From the IMG/VR virus record IMGVR_UViG_3300048598_000584, positions 1 to 44,117 of that record: a stretch of DNA of 44,117 nucleotides. One strand, written 5' to 3'. The stretch comes from a virus. Lineage: Duplodnaviria > Caudoviricetes. The notes under the pieces were generated by a model. It was not told where the DNA came from. It saw only the letters and a program-made list of their open reading frames with translations, and did not search any database. Shown piece by piece: positions 8,428 to 17,455 of the stretch; the stretch's first letter is position 1, and every line of letters begins with the position of its first letter. The translations under genes were made by a program, and so were the position numbers.

Positions 8428-8459
8428 AAAACGCCGCCGGCGCGGCCGCCGACGGCGTT
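8428..8459 (-). terminator. Intrinsic terminator of the late/lysis operon between convergent units
   Basis: Minus strand AACGCCGTCGGCG-GCCG-CGCCGGCGGCGTT followed by TT; 13-bp stem with one G-U pair. Confidence 0.7.
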
Positions 8460-8483
8460 GATGAGCTGATCCTGATCGGCTGA

Positions 8484-8726
8484 TCAGTGGCCGAGCAGCT
8501 TCGCGGCGTTGGTGGCGATCGTCAGCACCACGGCGATGAGGCCAAGGCCCCCGGCGAGCCAGGCGCCGACCTTCACGACGAACCAGTTGATCGTCCTCAG
8601 CGTCTTGAAGAACTCGTACATCTCGCCGACCTGGGCGGCGATCGCGTCATGCGCGTCGGCCCGTTTCTCGAGCGCGACGATGCGTTCGCCCTGTGTCGGC
8701 GACCTGGAGGCAGTGGCGAGCTTCAT
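8484..8726 (-). CDS. Small membrane protein, holin/XhlA-like candidate
   Basis: N-terminal coiled coil (ERIVALE) plus C-terminal TM; last gene of the lysis cassette. Confidence 0.6.
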   Translation of the reverse strand: MKLATASRSPTQGERIVALEKRADAHDAIAAQVGEMYEFFKTLRTINWFVVKVGAWLAGGLGLIAVVLTIATNAAKLLGH

Positions 8727-9031
8727 CGGGATATTCCCTCTCCGGCATATTCGTCGCGCATGTCGCGCACGCAGGCGCGGCCGCCGGCGATGCGATTGTT
8801 CGCAACGATCAGCGCAGCGTCGTCCTTCATGAAGGCGACAATGGCGTCGTCCCCGAGGACCTCCGGCATCTCCACGGGCGTCAGGATCCGCTCGCAGATG
8901 TCCGGCAGCGACGCCTTGAGAGGCGCCGGCAGGTCAGCGGCCCGAAAGCTTGCGCAGCCGCAGAGCATCAGGGCCGATAGTGCACTTGCCAGCAGGAGCG
9001 CCGGACGTCTTCGCGGGCTTCGTCTTTGCAT
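8723..9031 (-). CDS. Outer-membrane spanin (Rz1-like lipoprotein)
   Basis: Lipobox LCGC after a hydrophobic stretch; overlaps 3' end of the i-spanin gene in another frame. Confidence 0.75.
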   Translation of the reverse strand: MQRRSPRRRPALLLASALSALMLCGCASFRAADLPAPLKASLPDICERILTPVEMPEVLGDDAIVAFMKDDAALIVANNRIAGGRACVRDMRDEYAGEGISR

Positions 9032-9320
9032 GTTTGGCGACCTCACTTTCCAGGAGTTTCTTCTGCGCCTCGAGCTGCGCCAGCTTCGGGCCGTAGCGGC
9101 CCTCGAGATCCGCCTTGATCCCGGCATCGCGCTGCTCGGCCGCGGCCGCGGCGTCGCGCTTCATCTTCTCGATCCGCGCTTCCGAGCGCGCCTTCTCCAC
9201 CGTCACGCCATAGATCCCGCCGCCGAACAGCAGCGCGATTGCGGCGAGCACGGCCAGGCACGGCTTGCACTTCATCACCGCGCCCCCGATCGAGAGCGCG
9301 GTTACGATCGAATTCAGCAT
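8934..9320 (-). CDS. Inner-membrane spanin (Rz-like)
   Basis: N-terminal TM, coiled coil, C-terminal Cys (KCTIGPDAL); follows endolysin. Confidence 0.75.
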   Translation of the reverse strand: MLNSIVTALSIGGAVMKCKPCLAVLAAIALLFGGGIYGVTVEKARSEARIEKMKRDAAAAAEQRDAGIKADLEGRYGPKLAQLEAQKKLLESEVAKHAKTKPAKTSGAPAGKCTIGPDALRLRKLSGR

Positions 9321-9321
9321 C

Positions 9322-10320
9322 TCAAACTCCTTCGTCTCTGAGCTTCGTCCAGCGCTGCCAGGCGACGTAGGCAAAGGCCCCGACGATGACGGTCGAGAGC
9401 AGGAGCCAGGGCAGCGATGCGCTGGACAGGAATGGATGCAGCAGCGTGCCGACGGCGCTCGCGTTCTCCGCGGCATCCTTCGCAGCGCTTGTCACTTCCG
9501 AGGCCGTCTGCGACGCCTGTCGCGCGACCTCCGCGGTACTGAGGACCGCGCCGACGACGCCGCCCTTGATGATCGTCGACTGGGTGATGGGCTTGCCCTG
9601 CTCCTGGGGCGCCGCGCGCGGCCGCTTCGGCGGCTCCTCCACGCCCTCGAGCGCGTCCTTCCAGCGCCGCAGCCAGACCTTGCACTCGTCGACGCCGTTG
9701 AGCTTGGACACCGGGACCCGCTTGGACCCGCCGTTGACCAGGCGCCGCACGCCGATCGCGTCATCCGCCGCGGCGGGCTCGAGACAGCCCAGCGCCACAA
9801 ATTCCGTCACGGCGACCCGGAACGACGTCGCATAGTCCTCGAGCTGCTCCGGATCGTTCTCGAGATCGTGCCCGGTGAGCTCGCCGACTCGCCGGTGCGC
9901 GTCGCGGCCGGTCAGGCCGAGGTCGCCATTGCCGCGGTACCGGAAGCCGTCGCCCGGTTGCGTGTTGCCGAGCTCGCGCGCCTTTTTCGGATTACCGAGG
10001 CCATAGACCCGCTCGGCCAGGGCCTCGGGGTTGCGGACGAGCTGCTCGGCCTCCTCAGGCGTCACGCCGGCGCTGTGATGGTCGACGCCGAAGACGGCGA
10101 GGATCCGCCCCGGCGTGGTGTAGCTCATGTTCTCGCGCACGATCGTCCCGGCGCTGTTCTCGTGGCTGATCTGCGCCATGCAGTGCGCCTGCAGCTGCGG
10201 CGAATTGAGGCCGAGTTCCTGGAAGACGTGCGGGGCGACCGCGGCGATCGCCGTCACCTTCGCGCGCGGCGCGCGCGGCCACAGGCGCGCCAGGGCGGCG
10301 CCAAATGTTGCGTCGGTCAT
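9322..10320 (-). CDS. GH19 family endolysin with C-terminal TM region
   Basis: AQISHEN, RENMSY, GDGFRYRGNG..LTGR and NGG motifs; hydrophobic C-terminus. Confidence 0.88.
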   Translation of the reverse strand: MTDATFGAALARLWPRAPRAKVTAIAAVAPHVFQELGLNSPQLQAHCMAQISHENSAGTIVRENMSYTTPGRILAVFGVDHHSAGVTPEEAEQLVRNPEALAERVYGLGNPKKARELGNTQPGDGFRYRGNGDLGLTGRDAHRRVGELTGHDLENDPEQLEDYATSFRVAVTEFVALGCLEPAAADDAIGVRRLVNGGSKRVPVSKLNGVDECKVWLRRWKDALEGVEEPPKRPRAAPQEQGKPITQSTIIKGGVVGAVLSTAEVARQASQTASEVTSAAKDAAENASAVGTLLHPFLSSASLPWLLLSTVIVGAFAYVAWQRWTKLRDEGV

Positions 10321-10338
10321 GGAAAGCCTCGCGTTGTC

Positions 10339-11244
10339 TCAGGCGCCGGCGAATAGCGCGCAGTTGACGATCAACAGCGGTGGCACGATGCCAAAGGCGG
10401 TACTCGTTCCGCCCTGTGCATTGCCAATGAAGGTGGACGCGCCCTGTGACGCGGTAATGCTCGCAGCCGCCGAAGCCATCGCTGCGAAGGCGCCGCCACC
10501 CCCGCCATTGTTGTTGTTATTGCCGGCGAGAGAATTGGTGTTGTGATTGATCGTGATCGCGCCATTGGTGATGGTGCCAGACGGCGTGTAGGCGGGAAGA
10601 TTCGCTGTCACCAGCGTGCGGGTCTGGGTTCCGCCGGTACCGCCCAGCGTATTGCCGTCGGGTGAGACCGTGGTGCTGGTCAGCCGGCCGGCCGCCGAGC
10701 CGCCCAGGTTGTCCTTGGTCGCGCGGAATCGGCCACGCGCATCAGGAACGCCGAACGTCGTCGTTCCGTTGCCGTTGTTGTAGAGCGTATTGCCGGCGGC
10801 GATCTCTGCCTCGGCAAAATCCCACAAGTCAGGATAAGCGGTGCGGCTCAAGGTCTGACCATATGGCAAGACGCATAGCGCCGGCGCGGTCGATCCGGTC
10901 CAGTCAAAGATCTCGCCGATGTAGCGCGCGCCCTTCACGATGCCGGTGGGGCCAATCTCGACCGTCTCAGCTCCGGCGATCGCGAAGCCGATATTGCCGC
11001 TCCCCGTCTTGTACCAACCCGTGGTCTGCGCCGTGTTGAACACGAAGGCCGGCGCGCCGGCGGTACCGTCGATGCCCCTCAGCTTGCCCGTCATCGGGTT
11101 GGCGCCGTTGGCAGACAGGCGCGCGGTCAGGCCGGCGGCGATGTCCTGGAGCGGGCTGTTGTGCTGGCTCGGCTGGACGGTTTCGCCGGTTACGGCGAGA
11201 TAGCCAGGTGGCAGCGAATATACGCCGTTTGCGTCTGATGGCAT
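10339..11244 (-). CDS. Short tail fibre with tail-collar domain
   Basis: MPSDANGVYSLP virion-anchor N-terminus; IGEIFDW...GQTLSRTAYPDLW...GTTTFGVPDARGR collar motif. Confidence 0.85.
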   Translation of the reverse strand: MPSDANGVYSLPPGYLAVTGETVQPSQHNSPLQDIAAGLTARLSANGANPMTGKLRGIDGTAGAPAFVFNTAQTTGWYKTGSGNIGFAIAGAETVEIGPTGIVKGARYIGEIFDWTGSTAPALCVLPYGQTLSRTAYPDLWDFAEAEIAAGNTLYNNGNGTTTFGVPDARGRFRATKDNLGGSAAGRLTSTTVSPDGNTLGGTGGTQTRTLVTANLPAYTPSGTITNGAITINHNTNSLAGNNNNNGGGGGAFAAMASAAASITASQGASTFIGNAQGGTSTAFGIVPPLLIVNCALFAGA

Positions 11245-11341
11245 GGGCAGTTGTCCCCTAAAGCGAGGAAGGAAGGCGACGGATCGCGGGGAAAGGCGTT
11301 AGTGTTCGGCCAGACTGGCCGACTCGATGCAGGAGACCGCG

Positions 11342-11578
11342 ATGGACAAGCTGACCGCGGTGGCAGCGAATAGCTTGGCGAACGCAGCGATGATTGCTGC
11401 GCTGATCAGAACGCTCAATCGAGTGCAGGTCCTGGGCGACGCCGAGGTGCACGAGCTTTATGAGTTCGCGCTGCAGCTGATCGAGGAAGGTCAGGCGGCG
11501 TCCCAGGCCTCGCAGGAGGTTTTCGAGATCGCCCGGGAGCTGATCGAGCAGCATCTTCGCGGTCGGCCGAAGCCCTAA
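11342..11578 (+). CDS. Moron, helical hypothetical protein
   Basis: AGGAG RBS; opposite strand to the virion genes. Confidence 0.65.
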   Translation: MDKLTAVAANSLANAAMIAALIRTLNRVQVLGDAEVHELYEFALQLIEEGQAASQASQEVFEIARELIEQHLRGRPKP

Positions 11579-11710
11579 TGAAGCCGGCAACCGCCGCAAG
11601 GATTTCTCGCGCCCTCTGTTGGCTTTTCCCCATCATTGACCCCCGCGACTTGGAACAAACCCGGAATCATTATATACGCGGTCACCTCGACCCCGAGAAT
11701 GCGACTCCAC

Positions 11711-11968
11711 ATGGCAGAACTGATCACGCTCGTTGGCGCTCTTGTTCCGACGTTTCTGCTTGGCAGACTGTTCGCGTGGCTGTTCCGCAAGCTCATCGCT
11801 TCCGATCCTATAGTTGCGATACTGGCAAACGTCGGATCTCTCGCCGCTGCAGCCCTCATTCTCTACCTCGGCGACAACATGTACATGATCTGGACCTACT
11901 TCACGGCGCAGGCAATTTGGCTGGTCGTCGATCTCGTCCGGCTCCGCCGCACGGCGACGGCGCAGTGA
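11711..11968 (+). CDS. Moron, about 3-TM membrane protein
   Basis: Three hydrophobic segments; AT-richer upstream region. Confidence 0.65.
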   Translation: MAELITLVGALVPTFLLGRLFAWLFRKLIASDPIVAILANVGSLAAAALILYLGDNMYMIWTYFTAQAIWLVVDLVRLRRTATAQ

Positions 11969-12177
11969 ATCCCGTGGTCCTTCTTCAGCTCGCATTCGTT
12001 CTAGGTCTCGGAGCGCTCGCCGCCTTCCTCGTGGACAAGTGGGAACTGCTTATCGGCGACAAGGACACGGCGTTCCTGATCGGTTTTCCGCTGATGCTGC
12101 TCTACGGCCTCATCTACGATCTGCGGCAGGCACGACGCCGGCGGTCCAGCGCGGATCGCTCAACAGACGTGCGATAG
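11965..12177 (+). CDS. Moron, 2-TM membrane protein
   Basis: GTGA overlap; two hydrophobic segments and a basic tail; 3' end overlaps the convergent ejection gene. Confidence 0.6.
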   Translation: MNPVVLLQLAFVLGLGALAAFLVDKWELLIGDKDTAFLIGFPLMLLYGLIYDLRQARRRRSSADRSTDVR

Positions 12178-14164
12178 CGCGCGCGTTGTTGCCGGTCGCC
12201 TGCGCCGAGGCGAGCAGCTCGCGGCCGATCGCGTTCACTTCCGGACCGCGCGTGGCGAGGATCTCGCCGATCTGGTTCTTGGTGCTGGCGTTGCTCGCCC
12301 CCGACATCGCCTTCAGGATCATGTTGACGGCCTTCAGCCCAAGCGACGTCGCAGTCAGGTCATGGGGGACGTTGCCGCCCTCCGCGCCGGTCATCTGGCG
12401 CGCCGCCTCGAGGCGCTGCGCGGTCTGCGCATTGTGGACGATGTACTGATAGGCCTCGCGCATGCGGCGGTTGTTCATGATCGCGTCGGCGACCTGGCGA
12501 CGGGCGTCCTCGCCGAACACGGTCGCGAATTTCTGGCTGTTCCAGTCCTGGGGCGTGGCGAGCGTCCGCTCGAGCGCCAGGAGATCGTTGACCTGGGTGC
12601 CGACGACGCGGTCGAGCTCGGCGCGCGCGCCCTGGCGCATCCGGAACGGCGCCGCGGACGGGCCGACGAATGCGCTCTCGACCGCGCGCTCTGCCGGCGG
12701 ACCGACCTGCAGGCCGCCGGGGATCGCCTGGCGCTGGATCTCCTCAGCGAGCTCGATGGGCCGGATCGCCTCCTTGCCGACATCGAACACCTGGCCGCCG
12801 CGCGCGAGCGCATCCGACTGGCGCGCAAGCTCCTCATAGCGTGCGTCGACCTGCTTGATGCCAGGCACGTTGCGCGCGAGCTGGGCATCGACCAGCCGCC
12901 GCGCGGCCGTGAGCTGCCCGACCACCTGGGGATTGCTGGCCTCGGCCTTCATCATGCCGTCGATCGCGTTGCGCGTGGCGAGCAGCGTATGCGGGTTGCG
13001 GTCGAGGATGTCGCTGTTCGGCAGGTTCAGCATTTCGCGAACCTGGTTGAGGGTGCGCTGGGCTGGCCCGCGCGTCTCATGGGCCATGATGTCGAGCTGG
13101 CGGGCCAGCACGCGATTGTCGACCGGCCCCACCTGTTCGAACACGGGACCATAGGCCTCGGCGACTCGGCCGCGATCGGCGGCAAGGCCGGCCTCGATAT
13201 GCGACGGCGTCGGCGCGGGTCCCACCGCATTCTCGACCGCATCCGCCAGGCGCGCACCGGTGCCGGCATCGCGCTGGCGCAGCGCATTGGAGAGCAGCGT
13301 GCGGCCGGGCCCGGAGCCGGTCGCGGCGCCTTGGCCGAGCCCCAGCATGGAAGGGCCGGCGTCGACCAGCATGGCGGCGTCGCCCATCTCCGGCAGCGCG
13401 CGCAGGCCTGCCTCGTCGGCCTGCGCGGCCGCGCGCAGCAGTGCTGAGGCGCCGCGGCCGGCGCCCTCGACGCGTGGCCCGAGAAAGGCGGAGCCGGCGC
13501 GATACAAGTTGCCGGCGGCCGCGCCGAGGATCGGAAGTCCGCCGCCGATCAGCGCGCCGGTCGTCGCGCCGTGCTTGGCGTTCTCGATGTAGTCGCTGGC
13601 CTTGTCCGAGTAGGTGCTGCCCGCGCCGTGAGCGGCGCCGTAGGCGGCGCCCTCGGCGCCATAACCGAGGATACGCGGAAACAGTCCCGACCCCACCCGG
13701 CCGGCGAGCGTGACGCCGCTCTTGACCAGGCCGGCGCCGCTGGTCAATCCGCCGGCGGCCTCGGCCAGCAGCGCCACGCCGGGACTCGCCTTGCGCAAGG
13801 TCTCCGTCTCGGCACGCTGCGCCTTCACCCCTTCGTCGTAGGACTTCGCGCGGCCGGTGATCGCGTCCATGCCGCCGGCGAACTTGTCGGCCAGGCCGAA
13901 CGTCGCGCCGTTGGCGGCGAGCCGGACCGCATTGTCGAGCGCGCGGCCGACATGGGCCATCTGCTCGCCATAGGGCATCTGCGCCTGCACCGGCTGCGAT
14001 GACGTGACGCCAGTACCCATCGGATCGTCGATCGCGGGCGTTGGCGCCGCGGCAGGCGGCGGAAAGCTCTTCGCCATCACGCTCCTGATGACGTCGTCGC
14101 CGGTCCCCGCCGGAAACTCGACGATCGTCCCGTCGGGCGCGCCAATGCGGATCGGATCGGCCAT
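12110..14164 (-). CDS. Putative DNA ejection/internal virion protein
   Basis: 684 aa, Ala/Gly-rich; APDGTIVEFP and NGATFGLADK motifs; last of three internal-protein genes. Confidence 0.7.
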   Translation of the reverse strand: MADPIRIGAPDGTIVEFPAGTGDDVIRSVMAKSFPPPAAAPTPAIDDPMGTGVTSSQPVQAQMPYGEQMAHVGRALDNAVRLAANGATFGLADKFAGGMDAITGRAKSYDEGVKAQRAETETLRKASPGVALLAEAAGGLTSGAGLVKSGVTLAGRVGSGLFPRILGYGAEGAAYGAAHGAGSTYSDKASDYIENAKHGATTGALIGGGLPILGAAAGNLYRAGSAFLGPRVEGAGRGASALLRAAAQADEAGLRALPEMGDAAMLVDAGPSMLGLGQGAATGSGPGRTLLSNALRQRDAGTGARLADAVENAVGPAPTPSHIEAGLAADRGRVAEAYGPVFEQVGPVDNRVLARQLDIMAHETRGPAQRTLNQVREMLNLPNSDILDRNPHTLLATRNAIDGMMKAEASNPQVVGQLTAARRLVDAQLARNVPGIKQVDARYEELARQSDALARGGQVFDVGKEAIRPIELAEEIQRQAIPGGLQVGPPAERAVESAFVGPSAAPFRMRQGARAELDRVVGTQVNDLLALERTLATPQDWNSQKFATVFGEDARRQVADAIMNNRRMREAYQYIVHNAQTAQRLEAARQMTGAEGGNVPHDLTATSLGLKAVNMILKAMSGASNASTKNQIGEILATRGPEVNAIGRELLASAQATGNNARAIARLLSDPRWTAGVVPAADRR

Positions 14165-16044
14165 TACTCGAGCGCTCCGGTCATCGGATTGTAGCGGCGG
14201 ATCGTCGGCGCGCCTGGCGCGGCAGCAACCGCTGCCGGGGCAGCGGCGCCCGCGGCGGGCGCGGGCTTGTACTCGTCAAAAGGCCCGAACGTCGGCAGCA
14301 CGTCCGCCTCATTCATCCGGTTGCGTTGCGCAATGCCGCGATACATCGAGGCATCCTGGTCGAACATGCCCTGATAGGCCGTGATGCGGCTGCGGGCTTC
14401 CTGCATGATCGCCTGCCTCAGCTCGGGCGTCAGCCGGCCGTCGCCCGTCATCTGGCTCTTGATGGCGGCCTGGAGCTGCTGCGGCATCGTCGCGATCGCC
14501 TGCGCGATGCTCATCTCGCTTTCTCGCACCACCGATCCGGGATCCATGATCTTCGCCATGCCGTAGATCATGTTGACGTCGGCGGCCCTGTTGTCGCGGC
14601 CGGCGGCATCGAGCATCGATTTATAGACGGGCGCTGCCTGGGCGACGTTCTTGTAGGACGGCAGGCCCTGGATCTCGTTGCGCAGCTTCGACGTCGACTC
14701 TCCGGAGGCAGGCATGCCCTCCTCCGCGGCGCGCTTGGATTGCGCCTCGCGCCAGACCTTCGGATCGACGCCCGCCGGCGGCGGTGGAATGGTCGAGGGC
14801 TGCGCCGGCTGCGCGGCGGCCGGCTTGTATTCCTCGACCTTGCGGCCGGTGGCGTCGACGAACCCCATGACGTCCTGGCCGGTGACGGGATCGGTGCCCA
14901 CTTTCGCGAAGCTCGGCTTGGTCGCTGCGGTGTAGACCGGCACCGGCGAGCCGCCGCGCGGATCCATGCGCAGGATCGTGCCATCGGGCGTCGTCTGGTA
15001 GCTGTACTCCTGTGGCTTCAGCTGGGAGACAGCGAGCTGCGCCAGGCCGGGCGGCAGATAGGGATTGGCGAGCGCTCCCATGATGCGCGCGACGTCAGGC
15101 CGCGCAAGCGGGCTCGCGCTGGCCGCCGGCATCGCCGCGGCCACCGCCTGCACACCAGGCGAAGCCGATGCGCTCGGCGCAAACGCCGTGGCGCGGACCG
15201 GCGCATCGTCGGGCGAATTGAACACGTGGCCGCCGATGGTGACGCTCTCGCCCCCCGACCAGGACGGCGGGCGGCGCCCCAGGGCGGCCTGCGTCCCCGG
15301 CGAGTAGAAGTGCGTCATGCCCTCGGTCGGATCCTGCGGAGCGTTACCGCCCTCGCCATAGGCCGCCGCGATCGCGCGCTCGGCGGCGGCCCGCTGCGCC
15401 GGGTCGGCATAGGCCCGCTCCATGCGGGCGCGGCCCTCGGCGGTATTCCAGGGTTCGAACTGGTTCTTGGCCAGAACGACGCCCGACGGCGTGTCTCCGC
15501 CATAGCCGCCATCGACGGCGCGGGTGCGGATCACCGAGGCAACCGCGTTCTGGCCCAGCGCCGGCTCGTTGGCCGACTCGCCCAGGATCGTCATCGCCAT
15601 TCGCTTGCGATCATCGCCCGAGGGCGGGTCCAGCGGGCTCGGCTCGTCGTTCGCGTAGATCTTGCCGGTGGTGTCGGCCGCGGGCGGCACCGGCGCGCCG
15701 GCAGCCGCGGGCGCGGGCGATGGCCCGGGCGCCGGAACGGCCCCAGACGGGCTTGCGGCGGCCACCGGGAGGCCTCCCGCCGGCCCGCCCCCGAGTGCCG
15801 CCACGAGCTGGCCGATCGCTGCAGTCCGCGCGGCGGCCTCCTGCTCCTCGGCCTGGCGGCCTTGGTAGGCGCCGAGGATCGCCTTGGCCATCCGGTCGAC
15901 CCCCTGCCAGGGTGACCTGATCGGGCTCGAATCCATTCCCTGCGCCAGCATGGCGTCGGCGACCTTGCGTCGCGCCGAGATCTGGCCGGGCGTCAGCTGC
16001 TCGCCGGCGGCGCCCCAGATGAAGGGCATATCGCTCTGTGCCAT
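14164..16044 (-). CDS. Ejection protein with SleB/Hydrolase_2-type cell wall hydrolase domain
   Basis: TILGESANEP..GQNAVASVIRTR...NQFEPWN...DPTEGMTHFY...IGGHVF; start MAQSD coupled by TGATG. Confidence 0.8.
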   Translation of the reverse strand: MAQSDMPFIWGAAGEQLTPGQISARRKVADAMLAQGMDSSPIRSPWQGVDRMAKAILGAYQGRQAEEQEAAARTAAIGQLVAALGGGPAGGLPVAAASPSGAVPAPGPSPAPAAAGAPVPPAADTTGKIYANDEPSPLDPPSGDDRKRMAMTILGESANEPALGQNAVASVIRTRAVDGGYGGDTPSGVVLAKNQFEPWNTAEGRARMERAYADPAQRAAAERAIAAAYGEGGNAPQDPTEGMTHFYSPGTQAALGRRPPSWSGGESVTIGGHVFNSPDDAPVRATAFAPSASASPGVQAVAAAMPAASASPLARPDVARIMGALANPYLPPGLAQLAVSQLKPQEYSYQTTPDGTILRMDPRGGSPVPVYTAATKPSFAKVGTDPVTGQDVMGFVDATGRKVEEYKPAAAQPAQPSTIPPPPAGVDPKVWREAQSKRAAEEGMPASGESTSKLRNEIQGLPSYKNVAQAAPVYKSMLDAAGRDNRAADVNMIYGMAKIMDPGSVVRESEMSIAQAIATMPQQLQAAIKSQMTGDGRLTPELRQAIMQEARSRITAYQGMFDQDASMYRGIAQRNRMNEADVLPTFGPFDEYKPAPAAGAAAPAAVAAAPGAPTIRRYNPMTGALE

Positions 16045-17072
16045 CAGACGCCCCCGAGCTGCGCGTAATCGACCATCTTGAAGCCGCTGCGATCGATCGC
16101 GACGGCCCAGGGCGCCACCTGCTCGACCTCGTCCGCCATGACGCCGCGCTCGCGCCGGCCAAGGATCGTGTACTCGTAGACCGGCAGGCCATTTGGCAAC
16201 GTGCCGACGCGCACCACGTCGGTTTTCAGGCGGCGATCGCTGAACATCAGGATCGGCGCCGTCGACTTCATGGCGTTGATGCCGGCGGCGCCGAGCGTGC
16301 CGCCGAGGCCGAACAGGCCGCCCATCGTGGCGCTGTTGTTGGCGAGCTGCGAATTGTACTGCTGCATTTGAGCGTTGTAGTTGTTGTTCACGAGGCCGGT
16401 GTAGTCGACGCCGGCGACGTTGGTGGTCGGCGTCGACGTGTAACCCGGCTGCGAGACCTGCGAGCCGGACAGCAGCGCCGAGATCTCGTTGATCGGCTGG
16501 TTGCGCTCGGTGAGCGCCTCCTGGGCGCCCTGTCCGCGCGCGGACACGTAGAGCTGGTTGTAGGCATCGTTCTTGCCCTGCTGGAATTGCGTCATCTCTG
16601 CATTCCAAGCCGCCGAGCCAGGCTGAATGCCCTGGTTGGTCAGCCGCGTCCGCAGCGCGTCCTCGTCCCGCGCGAACTGCGGATCGAGCCTGGCCGCACC
16701 AAGCTTGGCGATCTTGTCCTCGGTCGCGGTGCTGAGATCGAGGTTGGTGCCCAAGAGCGAGCCGATCTTGGCGGACTGATCGACGCCGATCTGGCCGAGA
16801 TTGGTCTTGGTTTTGTTGGTCAGGTCGAGCAGCGCCTGCTGCTCGGGCGTCAGCGACTGGGTCGCCGTGAACTTCGGCACCGTGTAGGTCTGGCCGTCGG
16901 CGCCGGTAAAGGTGCTGGTCCCGGTCTGATCATATTTCAGCGTGCCGTACGGCGTGACCTGGTCGGTCTGGTTGAGAAGCTGCTGGGTGATCGCCGTGTT
17001 GGTGTTCATGTTGCCCTGCGCGGTCGCAGTGGCAACAGGATCCGGCGCAGCGGGCGGCGTGGGATCATTCAT
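16044..17072 (-). CDS. Virion pilot/ejection protein with C-terminal S74-like chaperone domain
   Basis: Q/N-rich body; FSDRRLKTD...GLPVYEY...GVMADEV...VDY; start MNDPTPP. Confidence 0.8.
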   Translation of the reverse strand: MNDPTPPAAPDPVATATAQGNMNTNTAITQQLLNQTDQVTPYGTLKYDQTGTSTFTGADGQTYTVPKFTATQSLTPEQQALLDLTNKTKTNLGQIGVDQSAKIGSLLGTNLDLSTATEDKIAKLGAARLDPQFARDEDALRTRLTNQGIQPGSAAWNAEMTQFQQGKNDAYNQLYVSARGQGAQEALTERNQPINEISALLSGSQVSQPGYTSTPTTNVAGVDYTGLVNNNYNAQMQQYNSQLANNSATMGGLFGLGGTLGAAGINAMKSTAPILMFSDRRLKTDVVRVGTLPNGLPVYEYTILGRRERGVMADEVEQVAPWAVAIDRSGFKMVDYAQLGGV

Positions 17073-17455
17073 CGGAACTTCCAGTCCTCTTTGAGGATGC
17101 CGAGCTCGATACCGTGCCGGCCCCTCCCGAAGTGATTGCGTTTCCGGCCTTCGGTTTGAGCGCCAAGCCGCTTTGCGTAGTCGACCACCTTTTCCTGCTC
17201 CGTCGTGATCGACATACGGAGACAGCCGAGCTGATCGAAAACATACCTGCCGACCGCGCGCAGAAAGGCGCGGTCGAAGCCCTCGCCGGCGACGGTCACG
17301 TGCACGTCGTTGCGGGTGAAGTTGTTGAAGACGACGCCGCCGATGATCTCGCCGTCGCGCTCGATGCCCATCGCCGTGAAGGGCGGGCAGATGATCGTGC
17401 TGCAGCGCTCGCCGACGAAGCGCGCCACGCAATCGTCGATGACGATCGCGCTCAC
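17069..17455 (-). CDS. GNAT-fold acetyltransferase-like virion-module protein
   Basis: GIERDGEIIGGVVFN...YVFDQLGCLR...RLGAQTEG..R...LGILKEDW. Confidence 0.75.
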   Translation of the reverse strand: MSAIVIDDCVARFVGERCSTIICPPFTAMGIERDGEIIGGVVFNNFTRNDVHVTVAGEGFDRAFLRAVGRYVFDQLGCLRMSITTEQEKVVDYAKRLGAQTEGRKRNHFGRGRHGIELGILKEDWKFR

